A stretch of 64,000 bases of DNA from Atractiella rhizophila (Eukaryota), in contig MU271195.1 of the NCBI GenBank assembly GCA_021432655.1, forward strand, positions 124,001 through 188,000, written 5' to 3'. Shown here piece after piece: positions 13,209 to 26,991 of this stretch (positions within the stretch are counted from its first letter, which is position 1; every line of letters begins with the position of its first letter). A program made the translations under genes and the position numbers. The notes beneath the pieces are model-generated. The model saw nothing but the letters and a program-made list of their open reading frames with translations. It made no database searches and was not told the origin of the DNA.

Positions 13209-14170
13209 TTAAAAGAACTTCTGTGTATTCTTCTTCTCTGGAGCCTTCTTCTTCCCCTTCTGTGTCACGGCAGCAGGCCGTGGTGTTTCCGGTGAAGCGG
13301 TTGGAGTTTCGCCTGCAGCCTCCTTCCGTTCCCTCCTCTCCTGCGCCAACTTAGCCTTCTTCTCCCTTGCCTCCGCCAACACCTCAGCTTTCTTACGCTC
13401 CTCTTTATCCTTGCGCCTCTGGTCCCTCAACCGCTGCTGGGTCCTAACGACACCTTCCACGTTCACAAGCCTGTCTGGACGTTTTCGGAAGTAGTAAAGC
13501 TTGACTCTCCGCTCTCTCCTGAGAAGCTGCAGCCCATGGCTCCTAGCTCGTCCTTTCGCCGTCGGTCTCAAGACGACGTGGATGTGCTTGATCGTGGGAG
13601 AAAGAAGCTCGAAACGTATTTCGACGCCAGCTTTGTCGATTACGTTTCGAAGGCGGAAGGAAGTCCCCATCCCATCGCCTTTCCGGTATATCCCCATCAA
13701 AACGCCGCTGAAGGTAGTGAACGGTGGCTCTGGATTCTCGGCTGTTGGGAGTTGCGTCCAGGTGTCGACGGTGAGAACGCTGCCTGGCAGAATTCGCTGA
13801 GGATGCCGTCGCGCAAAGTAGGGGACGATTCGTGCCAAGTGAGGAGGCACAAAAGCGCTTAAACGGCTGTTGACCTCTGAAAGGACGTTGTTTTGAGTCT
13901 TGCGGTATTTGGAAAGTGGCACTTTTGGCGCTTCAGCGGGATAAACTGCGATGTTTCGAGCGAAGGGGTAATAGGGAGGAGGTGCGACAGGGGCTTCTGG
14001 AGTCTGGACTGCTTCTGATACACCGCAACTCCTTAACTTTGCAGAGAGAACTAGGAGATCTCACCTGTATTGGAAGCTGCAGCTGAGCTGGAGAATGCTC
14101 GCAAGCTTCCCAGAGGTCGTTTGAGTCCATTTCTCGCACAATTCCAAGCTAAACGGCTCTCCATTTGACG
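13209..14170 (-). CDS. IMG1: Mitochondrial ribosomal protein bL19m (start approximate)
   Basis: ILPGSVLTV...FSGVLMGIYRKG..GTSFRLRNVI..GVEIRFELLSPTIKHI...RRVKLYYFR, the L19 signature; Arg/Ser-rich presequence-like upstream exon. Confidence 0.8.
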
Positions 14171-14453
14171 CAAATAGCTATAAGACCTCCTTCAAAGAGA
14201 GACTAATCCAGCACTGAAATGCTGGAAACTCCAATATTGTCCTTTGGCTGTTGGTCAATGTGTTTGCTGTTTGCTGTTCGCCTTTGCCTGAAAATGAAGG
14301 TGTGAACAAACTCAGCCCGAACCCGAAGTCGGAGCAGCGGCACGCACGGCCGCCAAGCATCAACAGGTTTAAGACCACCACCAAGACCCTCCAGCCACTC
14401 AGCACTCTCGTCTCGCTTAGCCAACGATTAAATATATCCAGCCAGCACTTCGA

Positions 14454-17429
14454 ATGGTCCAGGCTTTACGCGCCACTTGCAACGATGAACCACCGCTTAC
14501 CCTCCAGCTGCCGCCCGCTCAGCGCCACCAGCCTCACTTGCGTCACCACAGAAAGGCCTTCAGGATAAATCCCGCCATTGGGTCCCTCTTCGGTATCGTC
14601 ATAGTCTTGCTGGGACTGCTCCCAGCTGCCACACATGCGAAGCCGACCGCGACGGAATACTCCTACCTGGAGTATTTTCCAACGCTTTCGAGGAGAGCGG
14701 AACCAGTCGCTTCCACGTGTGCTTGCAAGGACGGTGGGGAGAAACACGATGGAACGTTCATTGCGGAAGCCATCATGATACCTGTCCTCGTTTTGCTCTC
14801 TGGCGTGTTCGCAGGCTTGTGAGTAATACGTTGCTTAGTGTCGGACGGGTGGTGACCAGGACGTAGAACGCTCGGGTACATGAGCTTGGACCCCACCCAG
14901 CTGAAGTATGTCCCCTTGCTTGTACAATTGGCCGAGTTTTTGAGCTTTTGTCGCTGTCAGAGTGCTCATGAAGACCGGAACGCCAACACAGATGGCACAA
15001 GCGAAGAAGATAGCACCCATCGTTGCCGATAAGCATTTATTGCTTACCACCTTGCTTCTCGCAAGTAAGTCTTTTCTGTTTACCATGGAGCATTTAGCTT
15101 AATGACATGAGTGTAGACATGATTGTGCGTCCGGCGTTTGCAAATTACATCATTTGACTTGGTTGACGCTACGGATAGGTCAATGAAACACTCCCAGTTG
15201 TGGCAGATCCCGTGCTCGGAGGTGGAATTCAAGCCGTAGGTTCGTGTGCCAAAACACCTACAGCAAACCTGTCCTGACGGCTACTTCACTAGTTGCCTCT
15301 ACAGCTTTAATTGTCATCTTCTCCGAAATCATTCCCCAGTCCGTTTGTACCAGGTTCGGGTTACAAATTGGCGCAAAGTGCGCCTTTCTAGTCAGATTCC
15401 TCATATACCTATTGTAAGCCTTTAGCTCCGTTTTCTTCACATTCTTTCTGACGCTTGGACACAGTTATATCATTGCGTGGCCCGTAGCAAAATTGCTGCA
15501 TTTCGTCCTTGGACCGCATTGTGGGTTTACTCTATCACTCGTGCTGTGAGAAAGAGGGCTAAACTGTTTGAAGCTGGAATTGTCTATAGGCGAGCTGAGT
15601 TAAAGGAACTAATCGCTCTGCATGAAGAGACGGCCAACGGAGCGGGAGATCTGAATAAAGATACGGTCACCATCGTTGGAGGAGCCTTGGATCTTCAAGG
15701 AGTATGTCCTTGTTACCATTTCGGATTAAGCTGAGACATCCGTTTCAGAAAAGCGTCAAAGATGCAATGACTCCCATTGATAAGGTAAGAATCATTCCAG
15801 CTTACAATTTTCCAGCTGATAGTGAATTTCTTAAAGGTGTTCATGCTAAACATTAACTCAAAGCTCGATTTTGAGACGCTTGGAGCGGTTCTTAAAAGCG
15901 GTCACTCGCGGGTTCCTGTTTATGAAGAGACGGTCAATGAAGACACGAAGACAGTGAAAAAGACCATCAAAGGCGTTCTTCTAGTCAAGGTAAGGCATTA
16001 TGTTTCATTGTCACGGGGACTGTTAAATAACCCGATTGCAGAACCTCGTGCTTCTTGACCCCGAAGATGCTCTTCCACTCTCTCAGGTCCCAATATCCCC
16101 TCTGCCTGTTTGTTCGGACAGCGTGCCTCTCCTTTCGATCATCAACGTTTTCCAGGACAAGCGATCGCACATGGCCATTTGCTATCCTACGGCGAGATTG
16201 ATGTCCCCTCAATCGACCGAGACGGATATGACAGTTTTGGATGACGAAAAGCGGAGCAAACGGAGAAGGGGAAGCTCGGCTTCACCTGACAAGGAGAAAT
16301 CTCTCCTTAAATCCATCTTCAAACGCAGATATGACGATCATTTGGATGATGAAGAGAAGGCTGCTGAAATTGGACTGCGAAAGACGGATAGCGAGGTCTG
16401 GAGACCAAGTCTGATTGACGAGCCTTGCGGAATCATTACGCTCGAAGACGTTCTGGAGGAGCTCATTGGGGGTTCGTCTCTCCGTGTATTCTGGAATTGT
16501 ACTGATGACTGTATTCAGAGGAGATCTACGATGAAACAGACATTGATCCCACCGGTCAACCAGCTCCGATGCAAATGTTTATTCCCCCCGAGGCTGCAGT
16601 CCATCTTGCTCCAGGCATCGCGAAGGAGCAGAAGAAGTCTCGCAGCTCCCCACTGTCCAATCCGTTCAAGCTGTCTAAGGGCTCTTCCGAATCCAAAGTC
16701 AAATTCGGTGATCAAACTCCCCCTGCTGGCGCTCCAGCTACAGGAGGGAAGGATACGCCTACGAAGTCTATGAGTGCAGATGATGCTGGTACCACTGGTG
16801 GAGGCGGTTTCCTTCAGTATCCTCTCAAAATCGCCAGGTCGCTCTCGCAACCAAGACATACTCCTCCTTCCGCAGACAAAGCGGATAAACAGGTAGTCGA
16901 CGATAATCTGGCTTTTGTCTCTGAAGGAAAAGACGACGATGGTTCTGCGACCGAGCCAGATTTAGACGCTACAATCGAGAAGGAGGATGTTGAACCCAGA
17001 AGGAAGTCAATGGATGACGCCATATCTTCAGAGCGCGCCAGAGGCAGGTCAACGTCACCTGCGATCGTGTCTCCCACACCGCAACCACTGCATCCACTTC
17101 TGTCTGACGCCGTTCTGTTGGAGAGAGGGAGGAGGAGGTTAGCGCATCAAGGCGTCGATCCTAATGCTGTGAACCTCAGAATTGCTCCAAGGACTTCGCC
17201 TTCGTCTTCGGCCCCTGGTTCTCCAAGCGTTTCGAGAACACCGAGCAAATTACTCGTCATCCCTCCCTCGGCGACGGCGTCAAAAGGGAAAAAGACGTTC
17301 AAGACTCCGCCAACTCAACCGTTGCCTCTCAGGACTGGAGCGAGACCTCCTGGATTACCATCTGGTGATGTCGGAGAAGAAGGAGAAAAGTCTCCCGAAG
17401 TTGGAAAGGACGAAAGTGACAACATGTAA
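14454..17429 (+). CDS. MAM3: CNNM/DUF21 plus CBS-pair membrane protein (Mam3-like)
   Basis: LVLLSGVFAGLTLGYMSLD, HLLLTTLLLANMIVNETLP, FSEIIPQSVC, GHSRVPVYE, RSHMAI, GIITLEDVLEELI; 8-nt microexon 15117-15124. Confidence 0.88.
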
Positions 17430-17913
17430 ATATGTGTACTTGTTCTGTAACTGACATAAGCCAATGGCTGCATGAGCTCTCAATGACGATCCCAAACCTT
17501 CATGCTCTGCTCAGCCCACTGAGCGCTTTGGCAATGCAGAACTTCGGAACCTGCTGCTAACCTGTTACTCAAGGAGTGCATATATCATTTTACCAATTGA
17601 GCCAGAACAGGATTGGACTTCCGTCTGGACTGCCTGTTTCTCGTAGAATTCTGATCGTCCGAGAGTTTCTGTGCGATCGTCAAGGGAATTGAGTTTGCGG
17701 ACGAGGGAGAGACCCGGTTCCGCTTTGCGACCCCTTCTATCTTCAAAGTTGGCAAATCGACGACGTCTCTCAACATTCGCCTTGAATCAGTTTTTACGCC
17801 CTCTCCTCGACTGTACACCTGTATCCAATATTCGAACGTCATCGGCTTATACTTAATTTCTTCCTTTTAGTAATATTCACTGTGGGATACCTAATTACCT
17901 CTGCTTCCCCGTC

Positions 17914-20756
17914 ATGGAGTCTTCATCCTGGCATGCACCCGATTTTGAGCTCAAACCTGGCCCAGAGAGGGAAACAATGGTCCAACTCGGAAGAGAGGGG
18001 CGTCAGAGCGAAGCTTTCGAAGTTCTGGAGCAGCAGGTTCTATCACGATCTTCTTCAATTCACGAACAGGTTCTCAATCAAACGACGAGCGATGAACTCA
18101 TTCAGACCACCAGTGCGACGCCGATAACTTCCATTTTGTCGAATTCTAGCACCTCTCCTCCAGTGCCTCCAGCCCAGGAGCAACTTGATACGAGCACGAA
18201 TCTCAATTTGCAAGCCAAACCTTTCGTACCTCGATCCTTCGACTCTACCTCATCGTCATCACCATCCAACAATGGCTCTCCAACATTCCTCCAGCTTCAA
18301 TCGACGTTGAGGTCGAATCCAAGTCTCAATACCATCAAGGAAAGCCCTATACCTTCTGCTCTTGCGACATCTACTGCGAACACATCAACTAATGATGAAC
18401 GAATGATTCCACTATCTGCCATAAACCCCCTCCTGCAACGTCTCAACGCTCTCGAAGCCACAGCTCTGACGATCCGAAATTTCATTGACGATGTGGCATC
18501 CCTGAAAGCAGAGTTACTTTCCATCATCGACACGGACTCCGCCGACGATGTTTCAGCAGCTCCCAGATCTCATATCGCCGCGCCATCTCCGTCCTATTCT
18601 CCACAAAGGCAATTCCAGAACCTCAAATCGCAACGATCACGCGAGCAGTTTACACCTGACAATGCCTCACAGTCTTCTTCCCCGGTCCAGACGCTTCTTT
18701 CCAATTTCCAACCGCAACTCCCCAACATGCAGCATCGACATTCCTTACCCGGACCGTCCTCGTCCCTCTCGACTTCACTCCGTTACGCTCAACCATCGAC
18801 ATCTTCAATCCCCGAGCTTCCAACCTCATTCTCAAGACGGAAGAGCGACTCCCCAGACCTTTTCCTTCCGTCTCAACAGATAATTGCAGATACGTCATCG
18901 TCATTTACCCCGCTCGCCAATACAGCTCTCCAGAATTTGCAGAACCTTGCCAGTATACAAAGTCTGCAACTTCAAGCAAACTCGGCATCTGGTGGACTAA
19001 ATCCTGGCCGCTTTGCCCTTCAAGGCGTCGGGATGAGGGATGAAAGGAGAGGGAGCTTACCCTTCGGCGCTATCGGCAGTTCGCCTCTTGGATCCAGCGG
19101 CTCTTGGGATTCGAATAGGAGACAGTCTGTCATTGGTGTAACGCTTCATTTCTCCTTCCACACCTCTGCATTGATTAACCCTGCCTACAGTCCATGGAAC
19201 AACGGCCTTCTACGAGCGGCGATTCCATCATCAGTACTCGACTACCAACCGCGGCACAGGATTACAGCTTCCCTGCTTCCAACAACACTTTTGCACCTCC
19301 TGCCCCCATGGTAGCCACCCCAAGCGGCTCTTTGTTCAGCAAGTGGGAAGCTCTTGGTCTCGATGCAACTGTGGTCAAATCTCTCGTTCGATACGGGATT
19401 GGTCCTCCATCTAAGATCCAACAAAAGAGCATTCCTGCTTTGTTAAAGCAGAACGATATCGTCGCTCAGGCTGCAGCGATTTCCGAGAGAATACAAAGCT
19501 ACATCATACCATCGATCCACATGGTCCTTCACTCTGCATCCTTCAATCTACCGCGACCTGGAAACATCCAGATCCTCATGATTACGTGCACAATTGATGA
19601 GGCTTCGCAATGCCATCGACTGGCTGTCGGACTTGGGGCGGGTTTAGGTATCCGAGCGTCGATATCTGTAGGAAATGGGGATCTGAACCAAGAGCTGCAA
19701 ACCATCCAGGGGAATATGCCACATATCCTGATTGGAACTCCGGCACGGATACTCGACATCGTATCGACGCGGATACTCAACATGAACGAACTCCGTCTCG
19801 TCGTTCTCGACGAAGGTGATCAACTTGTCGCACGCAACCTCACAGATCTCGTCACCGGTATTTTCAAGCACATTCCTCAGAACATGGAACGCCAGACCGC
19901 AATTTACAGTTGTACGATACCACAAGAAGTGTTGACTTTCGCTTCTTCGAGTCTCAATTTGAGGGAACCTGTCAGGGTGCTCGTACGGAGAGAACAATCA
20001 GATAGTGGGAGCCCTAGCATGCGTGGTCTGAAGCAGTATTACCTCTACATTGCCGTAGGCAGCAATGCCACAACCAAGCTGGGAAATGTGAATCTCAGTG
20101 CGAGAGAGTGGAAGCTGGAGGCCCTGATTGACCTCTGTGAGGACTATGATTTCACACAGTCCGTCTCTTCCCCCCTCTCTCGCGAACAGAGTTGACAAAA
20201 TCGTTGTAGAGCCGTCATCTACTGCGCTTCTGTGGATTCGACAGAAGCTGTGACATACAAACTCGCTTCTAGGGGCATTGATGCGCTCGCTTTGCATCAA
20301 GATATGGGAGGACCAGCGCGACACTCAGTACTTTCCAAATTCCGTTCCTCCGCCGCCTCTACACCAGGAATGAAGGCGTCAAAGAAATGCCTTGTCGTTT
20401 ATGATGCCTTGTGTCGAAGTCTCAACGATGTCCATCAGGTCCCCCTGGTAATTAGTGAGTTAGAGTCTTACCAACACAAGCGCTAAATACTGATGAGCTC
20501 ACGTAGATTTTGATTTACCGAGAGCACCAGAAGACTACGTTCATCGGGTTGCTTGTGCCACATCCGCTGGCCATGTAAGGCCCGGAGTCGCGATCAATTT
20601 CTTGGTCGACAATCGAGACATTGACATGCTTCGACAGATTGAGGGCATGCATCGCACCAGGATATCAGAATTACCACCGTACGCCTGTCCTTCCTTTTCC
20701 TCCACAAGAGACTGAGTCAAATGATGATCAGCTCCTATACTTCATTGGTCTCCTAA
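17914..20756 (+). CDS. eIF4A-like DEAD-box fold protein with degenerate catalytic motifs, long low-complexity N-terminus and a PAM2-like motif
   Basis: Q-motif PSKIQQKSI, GTPAR, LDEGD, YSCT, ALHQDM, FDLP..EDYVHR and GVAINF resemble eIF4A, but Walker A and motif VI are replaced. Confidence 0.8.
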
Positions 20757-21306
20757 TTCTCCGTAACAAGAAAGCTCAGCGCTTAACCGTTATCAAGATA
20801 CCCGTTGCAGGAAACACTCTGTGGCGTGTTTTCTAATCGAAATATGTGCCAACTCAGTCGTCGTATTCGTTATAGGTCTAAATTTTCTTGCTAATATCTT
20901 TTTTCGCTGTCCGATTCAATATACCGTGTCCTGTTCTTTTATGGTTGGTTCAAAAGTCGCTGCTTTAAGTGGTTCGCATACTGACAAAGAAATGTCTTTG
21001 CTTGCTATCCCCTACTCATGATGAATACCCAAAGTTGTTGCAATTTCTCGAATCTTTGGCATGACGTTTCAGTGTCAACCTTTCTACTACGATAATACCT
21101 TCCTATAGTTCCTAATACCTACGTGAAACGAATTGCCATGCCTTACGCCTTTGATTTTGGACAACTGGACTGCATTTTAGTTCCCAAGTGTTGTTCCAGC
21201 TGGTGAGAGTTGACGAGTAGTACGTACATGTTCGCCAATCTAATCACGACGCGTCAGTTCAGGCGAACGATTCGCTTTCCATCCTTTGCCCACCAAAACA
21301 GCCAAC

Positions 21307-22428
21307 ATGTTCAGGAACAAGTGAGTGCATCTCAGCCCGGTAGATACTGCTGATTCGATAACTGCAGCTACGATTCCGAGTAAGCGTCTCATCTAGTTTA
21401 TGCATCAACCCTCACTTCGCCCAGCAACACCGTCTTCTCCCCACAAGGCCGTCTGCATCAGGTTGAATATGCGCTCGAAGCAGTAAAGCTGGGGTCTGCA
21501 GCCGTAGGCCTGCGCTCAAAGAAACACGTAGTTCTCCTCGCTCTCAAGGTGCGTCTTGGATCGAATCTCAGTGAGCTTGGGTTAAGCGTGTGGGAGGCAG
21601 CGTTCTCCCGGCTCTCTCGCGAGCTACCAGCAAAAAATTCTGCGGATCGATGACCACATTGGCCTCGCTCTCGCTGGCCTGACTAGCGACGCGAGAGTGT
21701 TGTCCAACTTCATGAGGCAGCAGGCGATGGGCAGCCGCATGCTCTATGGCCGTCCCTTGCCTGTCAATCGCGTTGTCGGTGGGATTGCAGACAGTATGTA
21801 CAATCTCTGTGCTTGGGTTGACGGAACTCAGTGGAGCAGAGGCGCAGGTTAACACTCAGTTCTACGGTGCGCACCGCGTCATTGTCGAAGCTAGGAACTC
21901 TGACTAAATCTTAATCTTTACAGGACGACGGCCCTACGGTGTCGGTTTCCTTGTGGCTGGACACGACGTCAGTCTTCCCTCCCTAACCCTTCTTTGTCTC
22001 ACAACTGAGAGATGGTGAACAGGAGACGGGACCACATCTGTTTGAATTCGCACCGACTGGAACTTGCTTCGAGTTCTACGCCATGTCCATCGGGGCTCGT
22101 TCACAATCAGCCAAGACGTATCTCGAAACCCATTATGAGTCCTTTGAGTCATGTGGGTCTGCTTCTCCATTCCTCGCTTGAGTAACTTATGGACCGGACA
22201 GGCGACTTAAATGGGTTGATCAAGCATGGCTTGCATGCCTTACGCGATACCCTGCAACAGGACAAGGAATTGAACACCCAAAACACGAGCATAGCTATCG
22301 TTGGGGAGGGAGAGAAGTTTAGGATCGTGGAGGGGGACGATTTGAACGAGTATCTCGCACTGATGGATCCCAAAGAGGGAGCTGGCGGAGACGATGTGGA
22401 GATGTCGGAGAGTAGTGAAGTGAAGTGA
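21307..22428 (+). CDS. PRE5: 20S proteasome subunit alpha6 (PSMA1)
   Basis: Spliced [29 protein letters not shown] (12-nt microexon 21368-21379), [31 protein letters not shown]. Confidence 0.93.
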
Positions 22429-22580
22429 AGTGAATAAAATATGCAATGCAGTCTATACTCTTTGTTCCGCGGAATGGGGAATGGCAATGGACACGACCAA
22501 GACCAAGACTAATGAGTGGTGATAAAAATACAAATGAGCTGAGCACTTCCTTGATCCTTTCCAAGACAAGGCAGAAATAT

Positions 22581-24014
22581 TTATTGAGGAGGGACCGATC
22601 GTTGACTTTTGAGCACTTTTCGTAGAGGCATCGAAGTCCGTCCTGGGGTGAAGCCTTGGAGAGCTTGAATGTACTCCCGGACGTTCTTCGTCGGTTTTTT
22701 CAGTGTGGTGCCGGCGAATACCAGAGTGGCGAGAAGGACGCAGCTTCCGAGCTGGTGAGCGGCGGCAAGAGGTACAGGGACGAGGTAGATGAGGGTCGAG
22801 ATGCCTAATGTGACTTGGGCGATGAGAGCGTAGGCTGCGTAGTTGAGAGCTTTAAGGGTCTGCTTTGAAAGTGGTTTGAAGAAACGCATGTGAGGAAGGT
22901 GTTTGAGTACGGCCACTGCGATGAAGGAGGAGGTCGCCTTGACTCATTCTCAGCACTAGCAATCGTTGTGGAGGATTGAACTCACGAGGACGCGATGGTC
23001 GAATTGCACGAGAGTCGGGTTATCGAAGAAATTCCTCCAAGTCTCTCCCCTCCCTCGCTCATAGCGCGGATCGAACAGTTCCTTTGTCGGAGGCACGATA
23101 CCTTCTCCCATCTTTGGAAACTCGTTGTATATAAGACCTGCATCCAAGCCAGCGACGAAAGCACCAGACATGGCTGTGGTGAATACGAGGCCGGTGCACG
23201 CAGCCACAGCTATTCGCATTCTGCGCACCGAAGGCTCTGGAGACAGCGAAGGAGGTGCACGAGCGTTGGTGATGATGGCGCGTTCCATTTGAGCGACGAG
23301 GCCGCCACGGAATGCAAGGAGACCGACCAGGAATGCTAACCCCATGTGGGCTGCGAGACGGTATTGGGAAACGCGAGGTGTGGGATTGGACGGATTGGCG
23401 GTTCGAAGGTCGTCGTATGTCAGGCCGGATTTGACCATGTACCATCCGAGAGCGCCTTGAGCTCCTATCAACGCGCCGATGCCTAAGAGCGGCAGGAAAT
23501 TTCTTCGAAATCGTGCGGCAGACGATGTGAAGTAAGGGTGTCTGAGGTAAAAAGGAAGCGGGAGAAGAAAGGTGAGTCCGATCACTCGTCCCAGCAATCG
23601 ATGCCCCCACTCCATGTAATAAATACGCTTGAAATCGTCCACTCCCATCCATTTGTTGAGAATCTCAAACTCTGGCGTACCCTTGTACTTTTCGAACTCC
23701 TCCTGCCACGCCTTTGCGCCTATCGGCGGCAAGGTCCCCGTGACGAGATTCCACTCTGTGATGCTCAGCCCGCTCTCTGTGAGCCTCGTTAAGCCACCGA
23801 CGAGCACGATGCTGAGCGTGAGCGCAGAGGTCACGTAGAGGTGCCTGTGCAGGAACTTTGGCGGGGCGGGCGGCGGCGGAGGGAGGGAGTGCAGGCGCCG
23901 CGTGGGCGTGAAGAAGTGAGACCGCGGGCGGGTGAATCTGGTGAAGGTGGAGTGGAGGCGGAGGCCATGGCGAAGGGGCATGCACTGGGCAAAGGCCTGG
24001 AAAGGGGAGCACAT
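22581..24014 (-). CDS. COX15: Heme A synthase
   Basis: GGLTRLTESGLSITEW, EWGHRLLGRVIG, QGALGWYMVKSGL, PRVSQYRLAAH, GAFVAGLDAG, VQFDHR, LAAAHQ. Confidence 0.95.
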
Positions 24015-24216
24015 CGTCAGTCCGCGGGTACGTCGCTTGGAGCTACAGCAAGCGTGATGGATCCGACTCGCGAGGCTGAACAGCAACTGGGCAAGCGGCA
24101 AAAGTGGCCTAATACGATAACAAAAGAAGCAAGCGAGAAGGGGAACAGAAACGGAAGTGGGTCGGAAGAGGGATATCTTTTGCTTACAATGTACTCTCCC
24201 AGACAGAATCATATCG

Positions 24217-24300
24217 GCTCTCGTGGCCAAGTTGGCTAAGGCGCTCCCCTAGTATTCACGCTTCAGGGAGAGATCGCCGGTTCGAATCCGGTCGAGAGCA
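24217..24300 (+). tRNA. tRNA-Thr(AGT) with 10-nt intron (24255-24264)
   Basis: Acceptor GCTCTCG/CGAGAGC, D arm GCC..GGC, anticodon stem CTCCC/GGGAG with CT-AGT-A, T arm GCCGG-TTCGAAT-CCGGT, then TTTTT Pol III terminator at 24305-24309. Confidence 0.93.
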
Positions 24301-25895
24301 TTACTTTTTGTTGTTTTTGATCCACAGTCCAAAGGATTCTAAATCCCCAGCTCCAGTGCTCGAGCTCGATAAGGTGACGAGGATACCACTGTCACACTTT
24401 TTTCCTTCGCCCGTCAACTTTCTGTCAGCGGATCCCATATCCCGTCCCTGACTATAGGTTATTGGATGGAAATGTTAAGTGGCCAGAGCTGCTTCGTAGT
24501 TCACGGTTCCAAGCACAAGCAATGAGAGAAGTCTTCATTACTCCTCTTAAGCCTTTGTTTACATTTAAATTCCATTCTATCATTATCATCACTCTCTGGT
24601 CTCTTAGCTGGCGCTGTTCAATACCACTCCATCCAACTTATTAACTTTGATGTGTTGAAAGGAAGGCCCATTCCTCTAGTTTACTACCTCTGTGAAGACT
24701 AATCTCTTTTTGGGATGAACAAGTCGAAGGATTTTTGGTGAACAAGTCGGAGAGGAAACGCTTGACTTTCTCCAAAAGGCTGTTCCAACATTAGTTTCGC
24801 TTCCACAAAGTATGAGAAGAAACATACCATCAGACATGGCTTTCAAGTCATCAGGCACTGTTGCTCCACTGGGGGGGGGGACTTCACCATTTTGATGACG
24901 AGATTTGTTGGGAAACTTGAATTCAAGTTCGTCGGAGGATGACTTTTCCAAACCGTGGAGCGCAATATTAAAATATGTTGCTAGCGGAGGCTTGGAATCT
25001 TTTTCAACTTTTTTTGTGACAGTGGCGGTTAGTTGGAGAGCCATCCCCACCTCATCTGCGCGAGAGTTGGGATCTTGTAATTCTGCTCCTCTCAGGGCTT
25101 ACTTGGAAGTCCAGGTTCGCCTTTTTCAACGAAGATAACCTCAGTCACCAAGACTCTCAGCGAACGCCTGACTAGATTTAGGATCGAGAAGTTCACGGAG
25201 GGAGCGGAGGCGCGCTGAATTGCACATCATGTCCAGTGTGACAGAATATTGTGCTTCCCATCAATTCGCACACATCCAAAATACATTACCGAGTTCAAGT
25301 CCACACCGTTTTCGAGTGCGATGCGTCGAAGGTCATTCGACCTGGCTCGTAGCGCCAATAACCGAGGAACTGCATTGAAGATTGCTGAATTTGGAGAGAA
25401 AGATGAAAGGCTCATCATGTTTAACGTCGGTATCATCAGTCCAGAGATTGTCTCCCTTCTCTTTCCCTCATTTAACTCGGCGCAAAGCTGATCCACGTGA
25501 AACTAGATTTGCCTTACTGTTCGACAGTCGCAAGGCATAGTCTCCGAGAGGTGCAGCCTTCAAGATGAAGAAACAAACGCCCGGTTCTATCTCACTTGCT
25601 CCGATATCTATCACCTCGTAAATACACCTTTTCTCAAGTTGCTGTTTGGGCTCTCCCTATGAAATGACCTTCCCATCCATCCATGGAAAGACAGTCTCGT
25701 TCTGCCCATCCCTGCGCGAGTCTTCACACCAGAAACGATTCAAACACCGGCGGAGGCTTCAGCACAACCAGATACCTCCCATTCGCCTTACAATGTAAGT
25801 CCTGACCCTTCAAACTAACACGTTCCCGATTCTACCTTTCACGGAATAAGCACGGCTAAATTCTAGTATCATGTTGTCTTCAGCGCGTCTTCCAA

Positions 25896-26402
25896 TTGAA
25901 CACCATTTGGATCAGTCAACGCTGCATTCCTCTTGGAGGTTTCCCTACTCAACTCGAAGGTGGTGATTTCTTGCTGGTGGCCTCGGCGGAACATTGGAGA
26001 GCGACGGTCGACGTCAAGTACTTTAACAGAAGAAACGAGCCCATTTTGAACGCGAGTCCACAGCATATCGCCTTTTCGATCGCCATGGGGGAAGCCGGAA
26101 CAAAAAATTATGGCGTTTACATCTACCATGAAGATAGGGGATTGATCGTGATGGAATTTTGGAAGGACTTCGAAATGCCAGCTGATGCGCAGGCTGTTAC
26201 GCTGCAAAGGAGGTCTGTACCCATGGCCACAGCAAAATGCCACAAATCATGATTGGGTCAGAGACTAGATCTCGTGGCTGCGATCAAGAAAATTCACGCC
26301 TGTGGTGTTCTTCGTGGTGATGTGGAACTGCGACAAGTGTACTTGGGAGAAACAAAGAGGTACTTATATGATTTCTCACATTCCTCGACGACGAACGGGT
26401 AG
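25896..26402 (+). pseudogene. Small protein-kinase-like gene, apparently degenerate
   Basis: In order: VDVK (VAIK-like), YGVY..LIVMEF (hinge), IHACGVLRGDVELRQV (HxD loop-like), YLYDFS (DFG-like), then an early TAG at 26400-26402. Confidence 0.55.
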
Positions 26403-26991
26403 TCATGGTGTCTACGATGTTGCGAGAGGCAAACAGGTTGATGACTGTGCTGGAATTACAGGATATTGAATGAGAGGGAAGTAACCAACTCGCTGTGATC
26501 GGTCTGGTTAATGAACGCAAGCCTTGGGAACAGGCCCTTGAGGAGGCATATGCCCATTTCTCTTCAAATTTTGTTTTGATAGGGGTCAATCGACTGTGGC
26601 GTGCAATTGTCGCTGTTTAAGCACAATTTTCCATGCCACGATTACAAGGAAGAAGCTGCAGATTTAGAGCTCCACAAAAAAACAGATTTGGTACTCTCAT
26701 TCAGCTTTAGAGGTGAAATAATTCAGATGTGCAACCATGCAATTATTATTGGTACATCTAGAGCTGTTGTTACACTGCAATATTGCTCGCAGGTTCGCCA
26801 GAGCTGATTTTCAAGTATTGTCTGTGTTGAATCAGTCCAAGTAGCTTAGTTAGTTCGGCCAACCCGTACTGATATCAAAATCGGGCTCGACGTGGGTGGG
26901 CAAAGGTTCGCATAAGGAAGCATACATAACTTCCACACAAAAGGCTAGCATCGCATAACGCATGGATATGAACATGTGCTTTCAACCTATG

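Noticed and set aside
22956..24230. COX15 ORF extension overlapping the tRNA gene
   Set aside because: Relies on a non-ATG start; the first plausible ATG is 24014.
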